This document shows, in pieces, positions 51,030-62,930 of a DNA stretch of 64,000 nucleotides. The stretch comes from Camelus ferus (lineage: Eukaryota). Where the stretch lies: positions 59,024,001 through 59,088,000 of the forward strand of contig NC_045699.1 in assembly GCF_009834535.1 (NCBI RefSeq), given 5' to 3'. The notes below the pieces were generated by a model that saw nothing but the letters and a program-made list of their open reading frames with translations, searched no databases and was not told the origin of the DNA. The stretch's first letter is position 1. Each line of letters starts with the position of its first letter. Position numbers and translations under genes: made by a program.

Positions 51030-51290
51030 CTACGTGCTGTCTTCTCTGTCCCAGACACTGTGCCAGGCGTCAGGATGCTAGGATGACAAAGACTGTCACA
51101 TCCTTTGGCATCTTAAATCCTGGGATGGGGCTCTCAAGTAACAGGCGAAGGCAGTCAGTTTGACAAGCGCTGTGATAGATGGAGCCCCTTGTCTTTGGAC
51201 TCCGAGAAGATGGCCACCCACTCCAGCCTGGGAGGTCAAAGAAGGTTTCTCAGAACCTGTCTATCTGTCATGCCTAGAAGATATTTGTGG
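51030..51290 (-). mobile_element. L2 3-prime end, antisense
   Basis: CCAGACACTGTGCCAGGCG..GGATGACAAAGAC..GGAGGTCAAAGAAGGTTTCTCAGAA. Confidence 0.7.
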
Positions 51291-51946
51291 TGACCCTAAT
51301 GTTTTGCTTAAACCAATAGAACATACTGTTTGGGTGGTGAGGGAAGGCGGGTTTAGAAGTGTTCTCTGTGGCTTAGGGAAACCAGCCCAGGTTAAAAAAA
51401 AAAGAAAAAAAACCTCTCCCCAGATAACCCGTGAAATAGCTAAGAAGCACAAGGCCGTCACCAGTTTCCACTGTGCAAGATTTGCTGGCAGAGACTGGAA
51501 ATTTTGGCCCAGCTCGGAAGATAGAATTCTTTGCTCATAGGTTTGCAGACAGAAGAGAACTTGGGTGGCTCTTCAGAGATCCATGCAATGTCCTAGTCAT
51601 CATAAGGATTGATCGCAAGGCACCATCCTGCTGCTCTGACACCTCCTAACAGCAACAAACATTTCCCAGTGTTAATTGCCTGCGTGAAAGGCAAAGCCTG
51701 AGGCCTCTTCCATGCTGTGACAGGTCCCAGCTGGTCTCTGGGGAAGGAGGGACGACTGCCACACACTCTGCAGAGACCTCCCAGCACAAAGTGGGAATGG
51801 GAGCTGTCCCTCCCTGACCATCTACTCTATGTCACACACCGTGTCAGCCACGTTAAGTTACATTCCACTCTTGCACCAACTCTAAGGAGTAGGTACAATT
51901 ATCTCCATGTTAACCCATGAGAAAACTGAGATGCAACATCTCAGAT

Positions 51947-52104
51947 CACACTGTCCAATGGATTTCTCTGCAATAATGGAAGTAGCTTCTGTGCTGTCCC
52001 ACATAGTTCCCACTGGCTACATCCAGCTGCTGAGGACTTGAAGTGTGGTTACCATGACTAAGGAATGGAAAGTCAGATCATTTTTCATTTTAATTGATTT
52101 AAAC
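51947..52104 (+). mobile_element. MER3 partial copy between MIR segments
   Basis: CACTGTCCAATGG..TGCTGTCC..CTTGAAGTGTGG..TTTTAATTGATTTAAA; MIR-like sequence on both sides. Confidence 0.75.
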
Positions 52105-52978
52105 TGTCAAAGGTAGAAAGATCAGAGGGAGATCAAGGGACTCATCTGAGATCACTCAGCTAGTTCAGAACGTGGGGGTCTAACCCCAAGTTTCTGTTTC
52201 AAGAAGGATGGAAATTTTCCAGGAAGGGGCAACCCATCCAATCTTTCAGTCATTACTCCTCCTCCTCTTCTAGGTCCGATTCAGAGACCATTGCTCATTG
52301 TCTGCCCATCCTAACTTCTGCAGAATCATCCTTAGGTGATGGAAATAATTCCTAAAGAAACAAGAGGAGGCATTTTTATTTCCTAGGGGAATAATACGAA
52401 GACTTTAGGGTTCTTGGTACCATGAAATGACACACCCAATGGAGAAGGCAACATTCTCTGATCTAAGGAAGACCACACTTGAGCATATGTATGGAAAAAA
52501 ATTTTACCTTGGAGTGTACTGGGGGGACGGGGAAGAGGCTGAGGCCGGGCACAGGAAGAACAGCGTTTACATTTTAGAGACTCCAAGATTTCCTTCAAAT
52601 CCACCATTCTAGGGCGGGCGTGAGATTTCCCAGGCGCAGTGGAGCAAGATCTGTACATCCATTTGTTCGTTCGTTCGTCCTTTTCTTACTCCCGTCTGAC
52701 CAGCTGACTTAACTGGGGAGATCTCAGAGAATCAGTTTGAGGCGGGAGTTCTGCTTTGTCACCAGAAACACACAGTAAGGCAGAATGTAATAGGATGTCA
52801 CAAATTTACACGTTGTGTGCATCTCATTTTGAAGATGAAGAAACAGAAACTCAGACAGGGAAGGGGACTTGCTTGAGGTCTCACTGGAAAGTTCAGGGCC
52901 CCGGAGAGGAACTTTTCCGTGTCCAGCTGTGGTTCTGAAGCTGATCTGACAAATTTCCCTTCTCTACCCACCCTGCAG

Positions 52979-53070
52979 AAGCCAAGGTGAAGAATGCGAT
53001 GACATGAATAAGGTCAGTGGGGACGGCTGCTCCCTTTTCTGCCGAAGGGAAGTGTCCTTCAATTGCATCG
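52979..53070 (+). CDS. PAPPA: Pappalysin-1 exon (exon 9 equivalent, 92 nt, phase 2-1); not in the supplied ORF track
   Basis: Acceptor ctacccaccctgcag|A, donor TCG|GTGAGT. Hand translation (K)[30 protein letters not shown]. Confidence 0.97.
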
Positions 53071-53802
53071 GTGAGTCTTTGTCCTTCCTCTGGGCCTGGC
53101 TGGAGGCGAGGACAGTGCAGTCAATTACAATTACAATAACACAGTAGTTACAACTAAATGATGACTCACTCCTTTATGTTACAGAGTGTTTACTGAGTGC
53201 CTCCTTGGGGGTGTGGCACTGTTTTGGGGACTAGTGAATGCAACAGTGGACTCAAACAAACTGCAGGTACCCACGCCCTCAGGGAGCTTACGTTCCCATG
53301 GATGATGCTGGTGTTAACTGTTTTGGTCTAGCTTTATCTTATGTGCATTATTGCGCTTCTGTACGCCACCTGTCCAGGACAATTATCATTATAGATTCAT
53401 AAGTCTTTTGTTCTTACTTTAGAGATGAGAAAAAGGAAAACCCAGAGAGATTGTAAAACGTGTCCAGAGTCATACAGGTTAGAAGTGACTGAAGACAGAC
53501 TTGAACCTGATTTTGTCTGACTTGCACCCACAAGCTCAGCTCATTTTGCTGCACAACCTCTAGCCAGGATCCAGGGGCCGTCTCTCCGACTGGAGGGAAG
53601 AGGAATCGCAGACCAGCCTGTGTTTAGAAAGCAAATGTCCTTTTCCCACCTTCACGGAGTCAGATGGGAAATGTGTTTTCCTCTGCCTTCCCTAGGAGCC
53701 TGACTGATCTGGTTGTTTTAGCCCCACTTGGGAGGCCCTGGTCAGCCTGGGGCTGGTAAACAGACGGGGTTGGGGGGCAGGGATGGAATTTTGAGCTGGC
53801 CC

Positions 53803-53942
53803 NNNNNNNNNNNNNNNNNNNNNNNNNNNNNNNNNNNNNNNNNNNNNNNNNNNNNNNNNNNNNNNNNNNNNNNNNNNNNNNNNNNNNNNNNNNNNNNNNN
53901 NNNNNNNNNNNNNNNNNNNNNNNNNNNNNNNNNNNNNNNNNN
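53803..53942. other. Assembly gap (140 N)
   Basis: Run of N. Confidence 1.
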
Positions 53943-54359
53943 GGATGAAAACGTTGATGGGAAGATTTCTCACTGAAAGGCAGTTTTCTAGGAGGACTAA
54001 AGGAGGGGGAATGCCATCGGGTCCTCATATTTGCAGCACGTGACAGGGGAGCTTTTAGACCTTTCTTCTGGTATGTTGGGAGCTCGGTGAGGTCTTTACT
54101 ATGTATCTTTTACTTTTTATTCCATTCTCAAACACATTTACTGAGCACCTACTATCTCCTTGGCACCAAGTGGGGCTGAGCAACACGATAGAGGTGTCCC
54201 ACAACTGTTTGTGGGTGGAAGAAAGGAAGACGTGGAGGGAGGAAGGATGGGAGAGTTTCCAGGCAGGGCCGTGGATTTTAAAAGTGCGGATGTTGGGTTT
54301 TTTTTTTCCCCTCTCCTCTGTTGATTTGACTATGATCTATAATAAGAGCTTGATACTAG

Positions 54360-54530
54360 CCTAGTGGTATAGTGGAAAGGGCCTTGGACTAAATTTAGGG
54401 AGACCCAGCTCTGGTCCCAGCTCTGCTTAGAACTAACTGCACGAAGCTGAACAAGTCACCTCCCTAGTCTGGGCCTCAGTTTATCTCCTATAAATGGAAA
54501 CTAAGGATTGGGTTACGTGCTCCTAAGAGC
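54360..54530 (+). mobile_element. MIR (MIRc/MIR3-like)
   Basis: GGTATAGTGGAAAGGGCCTTGGAC..AACAAGTCACCT..GGGCCTCAGTTT. Confidence 0.75.
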
Positions 54531-54757
54531 CTTACCTGTACTTCTGTTGTGTGATTTCCAAGGTATGTGGCTATTTCTCATAATCGTGGGCTCTATTTGA
54601 ATCAGCTCTCACCTTTGCTTCATCCTCATGACACCCAACATTATTCTCACGTCTTTCCTGGAAAACGTCTATCTTACGGCACTAGGATGACATGTGACTT
54701 AAATGCTTCTAGGACGAAAATGGGAGGCAGTGAAGTTAAGACATGGTACCATCCATG

Positions 54758-54996
54758 GAACAGGTCTGCAAATTATCATCCAGAACCAGGCCAGAACTGG
54801 CCTGCCGCCTATATTTAGAAATGCAGTTTTCTGAAACAGAGCACACCCGTGTCTTCTTATCTGTGGCTGTTTTTTTGTTTTTGTTTTTGTTTTTTCCTAC
54901 AACCATAGAATTGAGTGGTTGCAGCAGAGGCCCTTTGGGCCAAAGAACCTAAAATACTTACTGTCTGGGCCTTTACAGACAACGTTTGCCGGTCCA
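54758..54996 (+). mobile_element. MER58A (hAT-Charlie MITE)
   Basis: GAATTGAGTGGTTGC..CCTAAAATACTTACTGTCTGGGCCTTTACAGA..GTTTGCC. Confidence 0.85.
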
Positions 54997-55130
54997 CCTT
55001 TGATACTTTAGGTTGCTGGAGCCTAGTGCAAAGAGGAGGTGAAGATGATGACATGATTCACCATTTCTTAGAAAAATAACTGAATTTTATGCATACAGTG
55101 GTGGGGCTTGGGAGACTCAGAAGGAGCACT

Positions 55131-55195
55131 GAGTACATCTGTTAAAAATACATGAGTAAATAAATAGACCGAATTACCCCCCCCCCAAAAAAGAA
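55131..55195 (+). mobile_element. 3-prime fragment of the same camelid SINE
   Basis: AGTACATCTGTTAAAAATA..AAATAAATAGACCGAATTACCCCCCCCCCAAAAAAG resembles the tail of the 32793 copy; no head or TSD found. Confidence 0.55.
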
Positions 55196-57089
55196 GAAAT
55201 AGAGCTGGACTCTGAGTCCAGTCCTGCCTTGCTTTACCTCCTTGGACATTGCTTCCCCACGTATACTCTGGCCAAAACGACCAGAGTAGATTGTGATTTT
55301 CAAGCTGTGTTGAGAGGAGTAAAGACGAGAGAGTTACCAAGAGGGTGAGACCTGGAGCCTCGTGGATCCACTTGTGTACCGTCGTTCTCTGATCATTGAA
55401 CACCTATTATATGCCGAGCACATTTATAAACTCTCATCCTCATAATGACTCTTTTATTGCCCTGCTTTTGCAAAAAAGGGAACTGGGACATGGGGAGGTG
55501 AACTGAGGATATGCAGTTAAGTGGCAGAACTGGGACTTAAACCCAGAGAGTCTGACTCCAGAGCTTACTGTGGTGAGCTTCCTGCAAAAAAAAAAATAAA
55601 AAATTTAAAAAGACAGCTCTTGGTCTTGTAGGGCTTTGGGGACATAACTGCTGTGGAATAATTCACGCAATGAATTAATGGAATGGAATACAAAACTGTC
55701 AGTGGTGTGGATGGTGTCCAGGGAAGGCTCTCTGTTCCCCCTGTGTGTTGAGTGTGGTTGCATTAAGAGGAAAGACCTCAGCTATGCACCCCCCCCCCAA
55801 CCTCACCATTTAGAATTCCATTATTGAGACTCACAGAGATGCAGGACATTCCAGGAAGGAAGGGGTCTGTCCAGAGATCCCAGCTCCTAGGAACTGCATT
55901 CCAAGGACAAACTCCATGGCTTTGAGTCTAGAAAAAACATCTTCCTCTAAGAAGAACTGCTAAAAAATAGACAGTGACTCTGTGGCTCCCAGCAGATCCA
56001 GCTTTTATGAGTCAGAGAAATGGGGCTGGAGTGTGGGAGGCTTTGCTAGGGTGGATCTTGTTCTCATTATTCCATGTGTCAAGACAGTGGTCAAGATGGC
56101 GGCCAAGAGAGCAGGCTTGACTGAGACTGACTTGGGTTCATACCATGGCTTAGACACATGACCTTGGCTGAGCTTCAGTGTTCTCGTCCGGAAAATGGTA
56201 ACAGTTCTGAGACTTCACTGTGGAAGACATTTACCACTGTTTGTGGACAGTTACTCTGAATCCCTTTTCTAGATTTAGGAAAGAACTCTCCTTGTTGTAA
56301 TGACAGTGAGGCAGGGCTGAACCCACTGCAGAAAGTGACAATGCGAGCACCTCCTTCTCCCAGTCCCTCTTTGCTGAGTGTGGGCACCTGACCTGCACTC
56401 CCCTCCGACCCCTAATCAGACACACCAACCCAAGACTGAATCAGAAGACACAGGGACCCTGCAGAAATCATTTTGATAAAGACGGTGTTGTGTTTGCAGA
56501 GTACCAACGACACCATGCAGCGTTAGTACTGAAATGTGTCGCCACAGCTCTGAGATGTCTACCCAAGACCAGTCTCGGGGCCTAATCTTGAGCTTGGAAT
56601 CGGGCTTCAAAACACTCTGCATCCCTCCCAGGGAGTTTTCCATAAGTATCTGATACTCTTTGAGTAGATTTGTTTGTTTGCTTGTTTTGCTTAATTTGGC
56701 CGAAGTTGGTTTCTGTTGACTGTCCCTTATTAATCCTGAGTGAAGATTGCCGTCATCCTGTGAGGTTTCGCCCCATTCCCAGCAAGGTGGATGTGCTTCA
56801 TGCACATCCAGCACTGCTTTCCTCAGTGGGTGTGGGTGTGTCAGGGTCGGGGGGCTGGTCAGTATCTCCAGCAACCACCATGCATGGATACCCACCAGGT
56901 GGCATGCCCTATGTCACACACCTTGCTCAGTGTGAGCCTAAATGAGAGCTTTTGAGTCTAGATGAGCGGTCTGAGACTTACTATGATTCTTGCCCAAGGT
57001 CACGCAGCTCACAGAGGTGTGATCCCATCTCCAGCCTAAGTAGAAAGCCTCTGCTTTTTCTGCTCTGCAATTCTGTGTCTCCATCTGAA

Positions 57090-57180
57090 TTCCTTCCTTC
57101 CTTCCTTCCTTCCTTCCTTCCTTCCTTCCTTCCTTCTTTCCTTCCTTCCTTCCTTCCATTTTTCCTTCCTTCCTTCTTCT
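57090..57180 (+). repeat. (TTCC)n polypyrimidine microsatellite
   Basis: About 90 bp of TTCC units with a few interruptions. Confidence 0.95.
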
Positions 57181-58264
57181 TTTTTATCTCTGGTCACCAA
57201 CCATTTAGTCGGGCTGCTGTTTTCCCTGGCTTTGCTAACGCCAGTGTGAGGGTGGGTGACAGATTTATGGTGGCATTCCCATTCACTTTTCAGAGGCCCA
57301 CACATCCGGAAGTATTCCCAAGGTGCCAATGTGTTATTATGCAACACCCTGGGACTTCCCCTTCCTACTTTCCCGCCCCCAGCGCCCTCATCCCCCAGCA
57401 CATAATAAGTTGCTTGTTAAAAGGAACACCACCCACAAGACCTCTTAGGCAACGAGGCCATGTCCCCGACAAAGGGGAAATTATCTTGTCCTTTCCCCCT
57501 CTTTTTAAAACGTAACATACACCAGGCCTGAGGTTTCAGTTAAAAAAAGTGCAGTATCAGTAAGATGATAACGCCCCCCAGCCCCCCACCCCGTCCCACC
57601 AGGCTCTGGCTGGAGGCATTGTTCGCAGCGTTGGGAATCCTGTTTCTAAAGCACTGAGTCATAAACTACAGACAGGCTGCTGATAAAAGCTGAAGGAGGG
57701 AAGGTAATGGTCAAATTAGTCAGACAAAATGGGAAGCATCCCCAGAAGGGGTTATACTTAGTCATATATCTTGAGCGGGTGCTGGAAATGTGCTACCTTC
57801 GGAGATGACGTTTCATCCATTAGGAGATGTGACTGTGGAGGACTCCTCCTGCTGTTGATTTAGCGCGCTGGGTCCTCCAGGATAGCTGGGTCCGTGAGAG
57901 CCTGGGTTGCAGCTTTGCATCTCGGAGCCTCAGTTTCTCTCCTTGTGAAAGGAGAATGATCGGTCTGAGGGCCCTAAGGCTTCTTTCCCCGTCCAACAGG
58001 GAGGAATCCTCGATTTGTCAAACATCCGTTTAAAGGCTTTGGGGTTTCAAATCCTGCTTGATACTGATAAATAGTTAGGAAAACAAAGCGAAAGGACCCC
58101 CACGTTGTCTTCCCAGACACACACACGCACTCCCTGCCTGTCTCTCTTTCTCGCTCCCTCCCTGCTGCCCCTGTCTCCCTCGTCCCCTGCCATTAGCAGG
58201 ACTTTGTCTCCCATCCAAGGAGGCATCTCCAGCCCCCATCCTAGAGCCAGGGCCAGTAACTCAA

Positions 58265-58353
58265 TTATCTGTGCGCAGATAAGGGGGAGGAGGAGGGATC
58301 AGTCCACTTCCCCACCAGTCACTGGGAGGGGCGGGGGTCACGGAGCCTGTGGC
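58265..58353. promoter_or_regulatory. Candidate regulatory core: inverted GATA pair, GC box and TFAP2-type site
   Basis: TTATCTG-TGCG-CAGATAA (58265-58282), GGGGCGGGG (58328-58336), GCCTGTGGC (58345-58353). Motif evidence only. Confidence 0.35.
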
Positions 58354-58837
58354 CCCTCTGTCAGGCCGCCCTGGCCTGCTCCTAGCCAAGGCGAGAAAGG
58401 AAAACAAGAAGATGAATCGCTTTGTCTTCTTGGTGGATGTTCTGATGAGACTTTAGAACAACAATGACTAAAAAGGAAACCAGCGTTTGGTAGGGGAGGG
58501 GGAGTGGGAGGGGAGGAAGAATGGGAGTTGGCGTTTATTACTATTTTCTTTCTAACAACGTGAAATCATAATACATGACCCACCTCTCACCTTACAGAAA
58601 AATTGAAATATGAAAAAAAGAAAACAAAACTTCTCCTGGCTGTACATAGTCCTTCAGGACTCCCTCTGTGGAAAACATAGTACCTTTCACCAAAACACTT
58701 TCTTGAAATGAAGCTTCTCGTGATTCAGAGACAGGGGAAATGTTAGTAGGAATCATGCGAGTGGTGGTGAAGATGATGATGGTGATGATCTGTCGGGTAG
58801 AATGGGTGGCTTCTTTAGTACTCAAATAATGACACAT

Positions 58838-59010
58838 GGCATAGGGATTAAGAACATGGATTTGGGGTGAAAAGCCAGGCCCAAATACGTTTTATCTGTG
58901 CCTCAGTTTTTCTCATCGGTAAAATGGGTTAGTAATAGTTCCTGCATCTCACAGCTGTTTTGAAGATGAAAAGAGGTTGTGCATGGAAAGCTTTTTAAAA
59001 CAGTGGGTTA
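58838..59010 (+). mobile_element. MIR
   Basis: GCATAGGGATTAAGAACATGGA..TGTGCCTCAGTTTTTCTCATCGGTAAAATGGG. Confidence 0.8.
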
Positions 59011-59084
59011 ACCGTTGTAGGGTTATATATGTGTTGAGTAATGCTGCTACTATTACTGCTGCTAATTTCATTAATTTGGAAGTT

Positions 59085-59240
59085 ATATCAATCCTCCCAG
59101 AAACTCTATGAAATAAATAGTGTTATCCCAGTTTTGTAGAGAAAAGAAACTGAGGTTCAGAGAGGTTAAGTAACTTGCCCAAGGTCACACAACTAGAAAT
59201 AGCAGAGATGGGATTCCTGGTACCTAAGCAGTCTGCACAC
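59085..59240 (-). mobile_element. MIR
   Basis: GAAACTGAGGTTCAGAGAGGTTAAGTAACTTGCCCAAGGTCACACA. Confidence 0.88.
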
Positions 59241-59368
59241 TAAACTGTGAAGTTATTTCACTTATTAGGCACCCAGCCTACCATCTTCTACGCGAAGAAC
59301 CCTTTTTTCAAATGATTTCATTTACCCTTCTGTCAACTCCGTTTAGTCAGGATAAGGGTGCCCATTTT

Positions 59369-59495
59369 AAAAGAACCTGAAAAAAATATATCTAAGTATG
59401 TATATGTATAACTATATTGCTTTGCTCTGTACCTGAAACTAACACTGGAAATCAACTGCACGTCAGTAGAAAACAAAATTAAAAAAAAAAAAAAA
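59369..59495 (+). mobile_element. 5-prime-truncated L1 3-prime end (cetartiodactyl type) with poly(A) and TSD
   Basis: GTATATGTATAACT..TTTGCTCTGTACCTGAAACTAACAC..AAATCAACTG followed by poly(A). TSD AAGGGTGCCCATTTT (59354-59368) vs AAGAGTGCCCATTTT (59496-59510). Confidence 0.85.
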
Positions 59496-61344
59496 AAGAG
59501 TGCCCATTTTGCGGATGAGGAAACGGAGGCACTGAGATTTTAGGTAAATTGCCCTAAGTCATAGTCAAGTAAATCGGGGAAGACCTTCAATCCCATCCGC
59601 CTGCTTCTAAAGTCCATGTCCAGTATCCACATGAACACCCCCCCAAACACACACACACAAAGCAGTAGAGAGCCTCTGTTTTACACTATTTCTGCCTTAG
59701 TGCCATTGACTCACAGCAGGAAACATTAGTGATTGCAAATGTCCTTTCTATGCCTTTTTCATAAGTCATGAAAACGATCATTTTCAGTTATCATCCCTCT
59801 ATATACATTCCACGGCACAGAGGCCATGCCCTCAACATAGGGCCATTTTGTGTTTGGAGCTATATTTTTGTTTTTAACAGCCCACACTCTTATTGGCAGT
59901 AATCCCATTGTTTTCTAGCCTAGGAGAAGTTTGACGCTTTTTCCCATTGTCATGGCAATATGTGTTGGTGACTGAGGAGCCTGAGTTCAAAGATCTAGTG
60001 GTTGTAATTGCTACCTGGGTCATCTTGGGTATCTCCCATCCTCTCTCTGAGTCTCAGTCTTCTCTTCTGGGAAATGGACGTAATTATAACAGAGTTCTGT
60101 TTAGAGGAGGATGGAAATAGCATCCGTAGAGTATCGAGCACAGTGCATGGCAGTTAGTAGATACCCAAGAATGTCAGTTCATGCCACTTCATCTTCCCCT
60201 TCCTCACTTCCCATCTCGATGGTGAGGGATGCAAAGGCCACCGATCCGCCCCTGGGGAAAATGGTCCTGCCTGGATCCTACCATCATAAGTGGCTGAGGC
60301 CCCTTGATCTCAGTCTCCTCGGCTGTAAAGTCATGGGGGTAGTGGATGAGCTCCCCAGGCCCTTTCAGCCCTGACTTCCAGAATTTAAATCCCAGATCAT
60401 TATTGTTTTTAAACTGTGCATTTTAAAAGCAATGAGGGCTTGGGGAGGAGAAAGGAATTCCTTTAACCCGGAGGGTCAGAGAGGGTCACAGAGGGGACAA
60501 AGGCACAGGGAAGGGAAGCGATGGGGCGGAAGGCAGCCTGAAGATCTGAAGTCCTCAACGGGGAGGTCTGATGGACACATTCAAACACCCTTGAGTCAGC
60601 ACAGCTTAGGATCAAGCTTGCCATCCAGCCTCAGACCACGGCTTACCACCTCCTTTGGAAGCCCCGGAGGCCTACCCCACAGAGGGGCCAGTCAGGAATG
60701 AAAAGAAACAGGATGGCCTCTGGTGCCAGAGGGAGGAGTTCTCATCTTCAGCCTCAGTCAGCCTCCTGACTCTCAGGGAGGGGTGGGGCTCAAAAGGACT
60801 TGGAGCTTGCCTGAATTCAAGGAATCAAGATTCAACTTTGATGTGTGCATTTTAAATGCAGCCTGAGACCAAGGCAGGTGAAATCTGGGTAGCCAAGAAC
60901 AAGGGCTTCTTTGTGGCATTTAAAGTGACCAGAAACCTGCCTGCACGTATATGTGCCTTGCTGTGCATCTGTGCAATCAAGACCGAAGCAGCCCAGGAGA
61001 GGTGAGAGGCCTGGGGGCAGGGGCCTTTCCTAGCTCCTGGCTCTCTGCTCTTTCCTGGGGACCGTGTTGGGCTGGGAAAGATATTTAATATTCATGAGCT
61101 GTGATCTCCACTTGAAGGGAGTGCCCTGGGGGAAATTGAAATATTAAGCAAGTGAGGGATATAGGCCTAATTGTATCCTTCTTTTCTTTTTGGACAGAGA
61201 AGTAATGTGCTTAAAATAAAGTGATGGATGGGCAGTCAGGACTATGCGAAACCCCACTGCTCTAAGTCGGCTGTGTGCTCTAGCATGTGCCGTCAGAACC
61301 AGGCACAGGATGGTGCGCGCTGGCTGCTGGGTCCCACCTTTCTG

Positions 61345-61740
61345 TCGGTCCACACGTTTATCCACGCCTGCTTTGTGCTGAGCACTGTGCTAATTGCAAA
61401 GGAAATAGTACTGAACGGGGAAGGCCAGGGAGGCCAGGGAAATGACATAAGTAATTATTTAAATGTGATTGTTGTAGATACCACTGAGTGGAAATCCATG
61501 AAGGTGCGTAAGTGAAGGACCTCCTTCACACTGAAGGGCCAGGAGAGGCCTCCTCGGAACACAGCATTTAAGCTGAGACTTGAAGGTTGAATGGGAAGTG
61601 GACAAATGAGGGAGATGGGGAGCAGGGTAACAGAGTGAGGATTGCAACAAGTTCAGACTATTAAATCCTCGAGGCAGGAAGGAGCTTTTGAGAAGGTGGA
61701 AGAAAGTCAGCATGGCCGGGTAGTAGTGAAGGAGGAAGAA
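61345..61740 (-). mobile_element. L2 fragment, antisense
   Basis: GCACTGTGCTAA..ATTTAAGCTGAGACTTGAAGGTTGAATGGGAAG..GAGGCAGGAAGGAGCTT. Confidence 0.75.
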
Positions 61741-61905
61741 AGAAGAGGCTGGACCCGCAGGCTCTAATCCCGCAGGCCCTCAGGACCATGGGGAGGCTGC
61801 TGCTTCTGGCATGAAAGGAGGAGAAGGCGAGTCCTGCGTGCACCATCTATACTCGGGGCCAAGTCCTGCCCTGGGCACAGGAGGCTAGGGCAGGCTCGCC
61901 TAGGT

Positions 61906-62107
61906 CAGGGGTCAGAAAACTACTACCCCTGGCCAAACATGACATACTGCGTGTTGGGCAGATCAGGTTGGACTGAAACACACCTGTACCCCTTGGTTTA
62001 GATATTTGCAAAGACAGAGTGGAGTAGTTCCCAGAGACCTTGTATGGCCTACAAAATCCAAAATATTTACTATCTGCCTTCCTACAGGAAAAGTTGCTGA
62101 CCAGCTG
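61906..62107 (+). mobile_element. MER58A (hAT-Charlie MITE)
   Basis: CAGGGGTCAGAAAACTAC..TGTATGGCC..AAAATATTTACTATCTG..GAAAAGTTGCTGACC. Confidence 0.85.
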
Positions 62108-62930
62108 CTGGCATGGATGGATGAGTCTATCAGCGGGTGAAAGAACAGCCAATTAGGGAGGTCAGGGCAGATGAGAGAGAGAGGGGTGAGGCTGTCACCT
62201 CATCTATCTCGCCTTCGGCCTATAGCAGCGCAGCTGTAATTGTATTCACTCCTCGCTTTTTGTTTGTTGGTTGGTTTACACGTCATTTTCCCTCACCCTT
62301 GAAAGAAGTCATCGTGTCCACCCCTGTGCTCCTAGCATCCAGCTAGAGCCAGGCATTGTCTGAGGCGCTGAATCAAGTGGTGCTTCGAAGCAGACAAGAG
62401 TGGCCAGAGGGACTCGGACAGTTTCCTGCCTCAAGCTCCAGGCAGCATCCTGGCTCCTCCCTGGGCTGGGGAAGGGGGCACTCTGGCGTTCATTAGGAAC
62501 CTACCACGTGGTCTCATTTCAAACCCACAACACCCCTGGCAACCAGGCATTCTCATCTCCACTTTCCAGATGACACCACAGAGTCCCTAGCATTTAAGTG
62601 ACTTTTGAGAAAGTGGCCTCCATTCAATAAATATTTATTGAGCTGGAAAACCAGCACAAGAGGAAACAGACCTTCTGGAGGGTCACATCCTGCGCCAGCA
62701 GTCGGCCGCACACACGGCACTTCTGTCTCCTCTGTCCATCTTCACAAGGCTGCAGGGAGGGAGGGGCTGTAACTCCCACGTTACACAATAAGAAACTGAG
62801 GCTCAGTGAGATGAAATGACCTGTTTAAAGCAGGCAATTACTAGGTGGCAGAACCAAGATCTGCCCAACTCCAAAACCGGAGGAGCCGGTGCCCGCCCCC
62901 AAAATACCGCACCTTCCGAACAAGCAGGAA

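Noticed and set aside
58838-59240. Inverted MIR pair as a possible dsRNA hairpin
   Set aside because: The arms are only about 65% complementary by eye, too diverged for a stable duplex.
5389-60598. At least 16 AP-1 heptamers (TGASTCA) across the window, about twice the naive expectation
   Set aside because: Scattered rather than clustered, my count is not exhaustive, and no genome-matched background was available.
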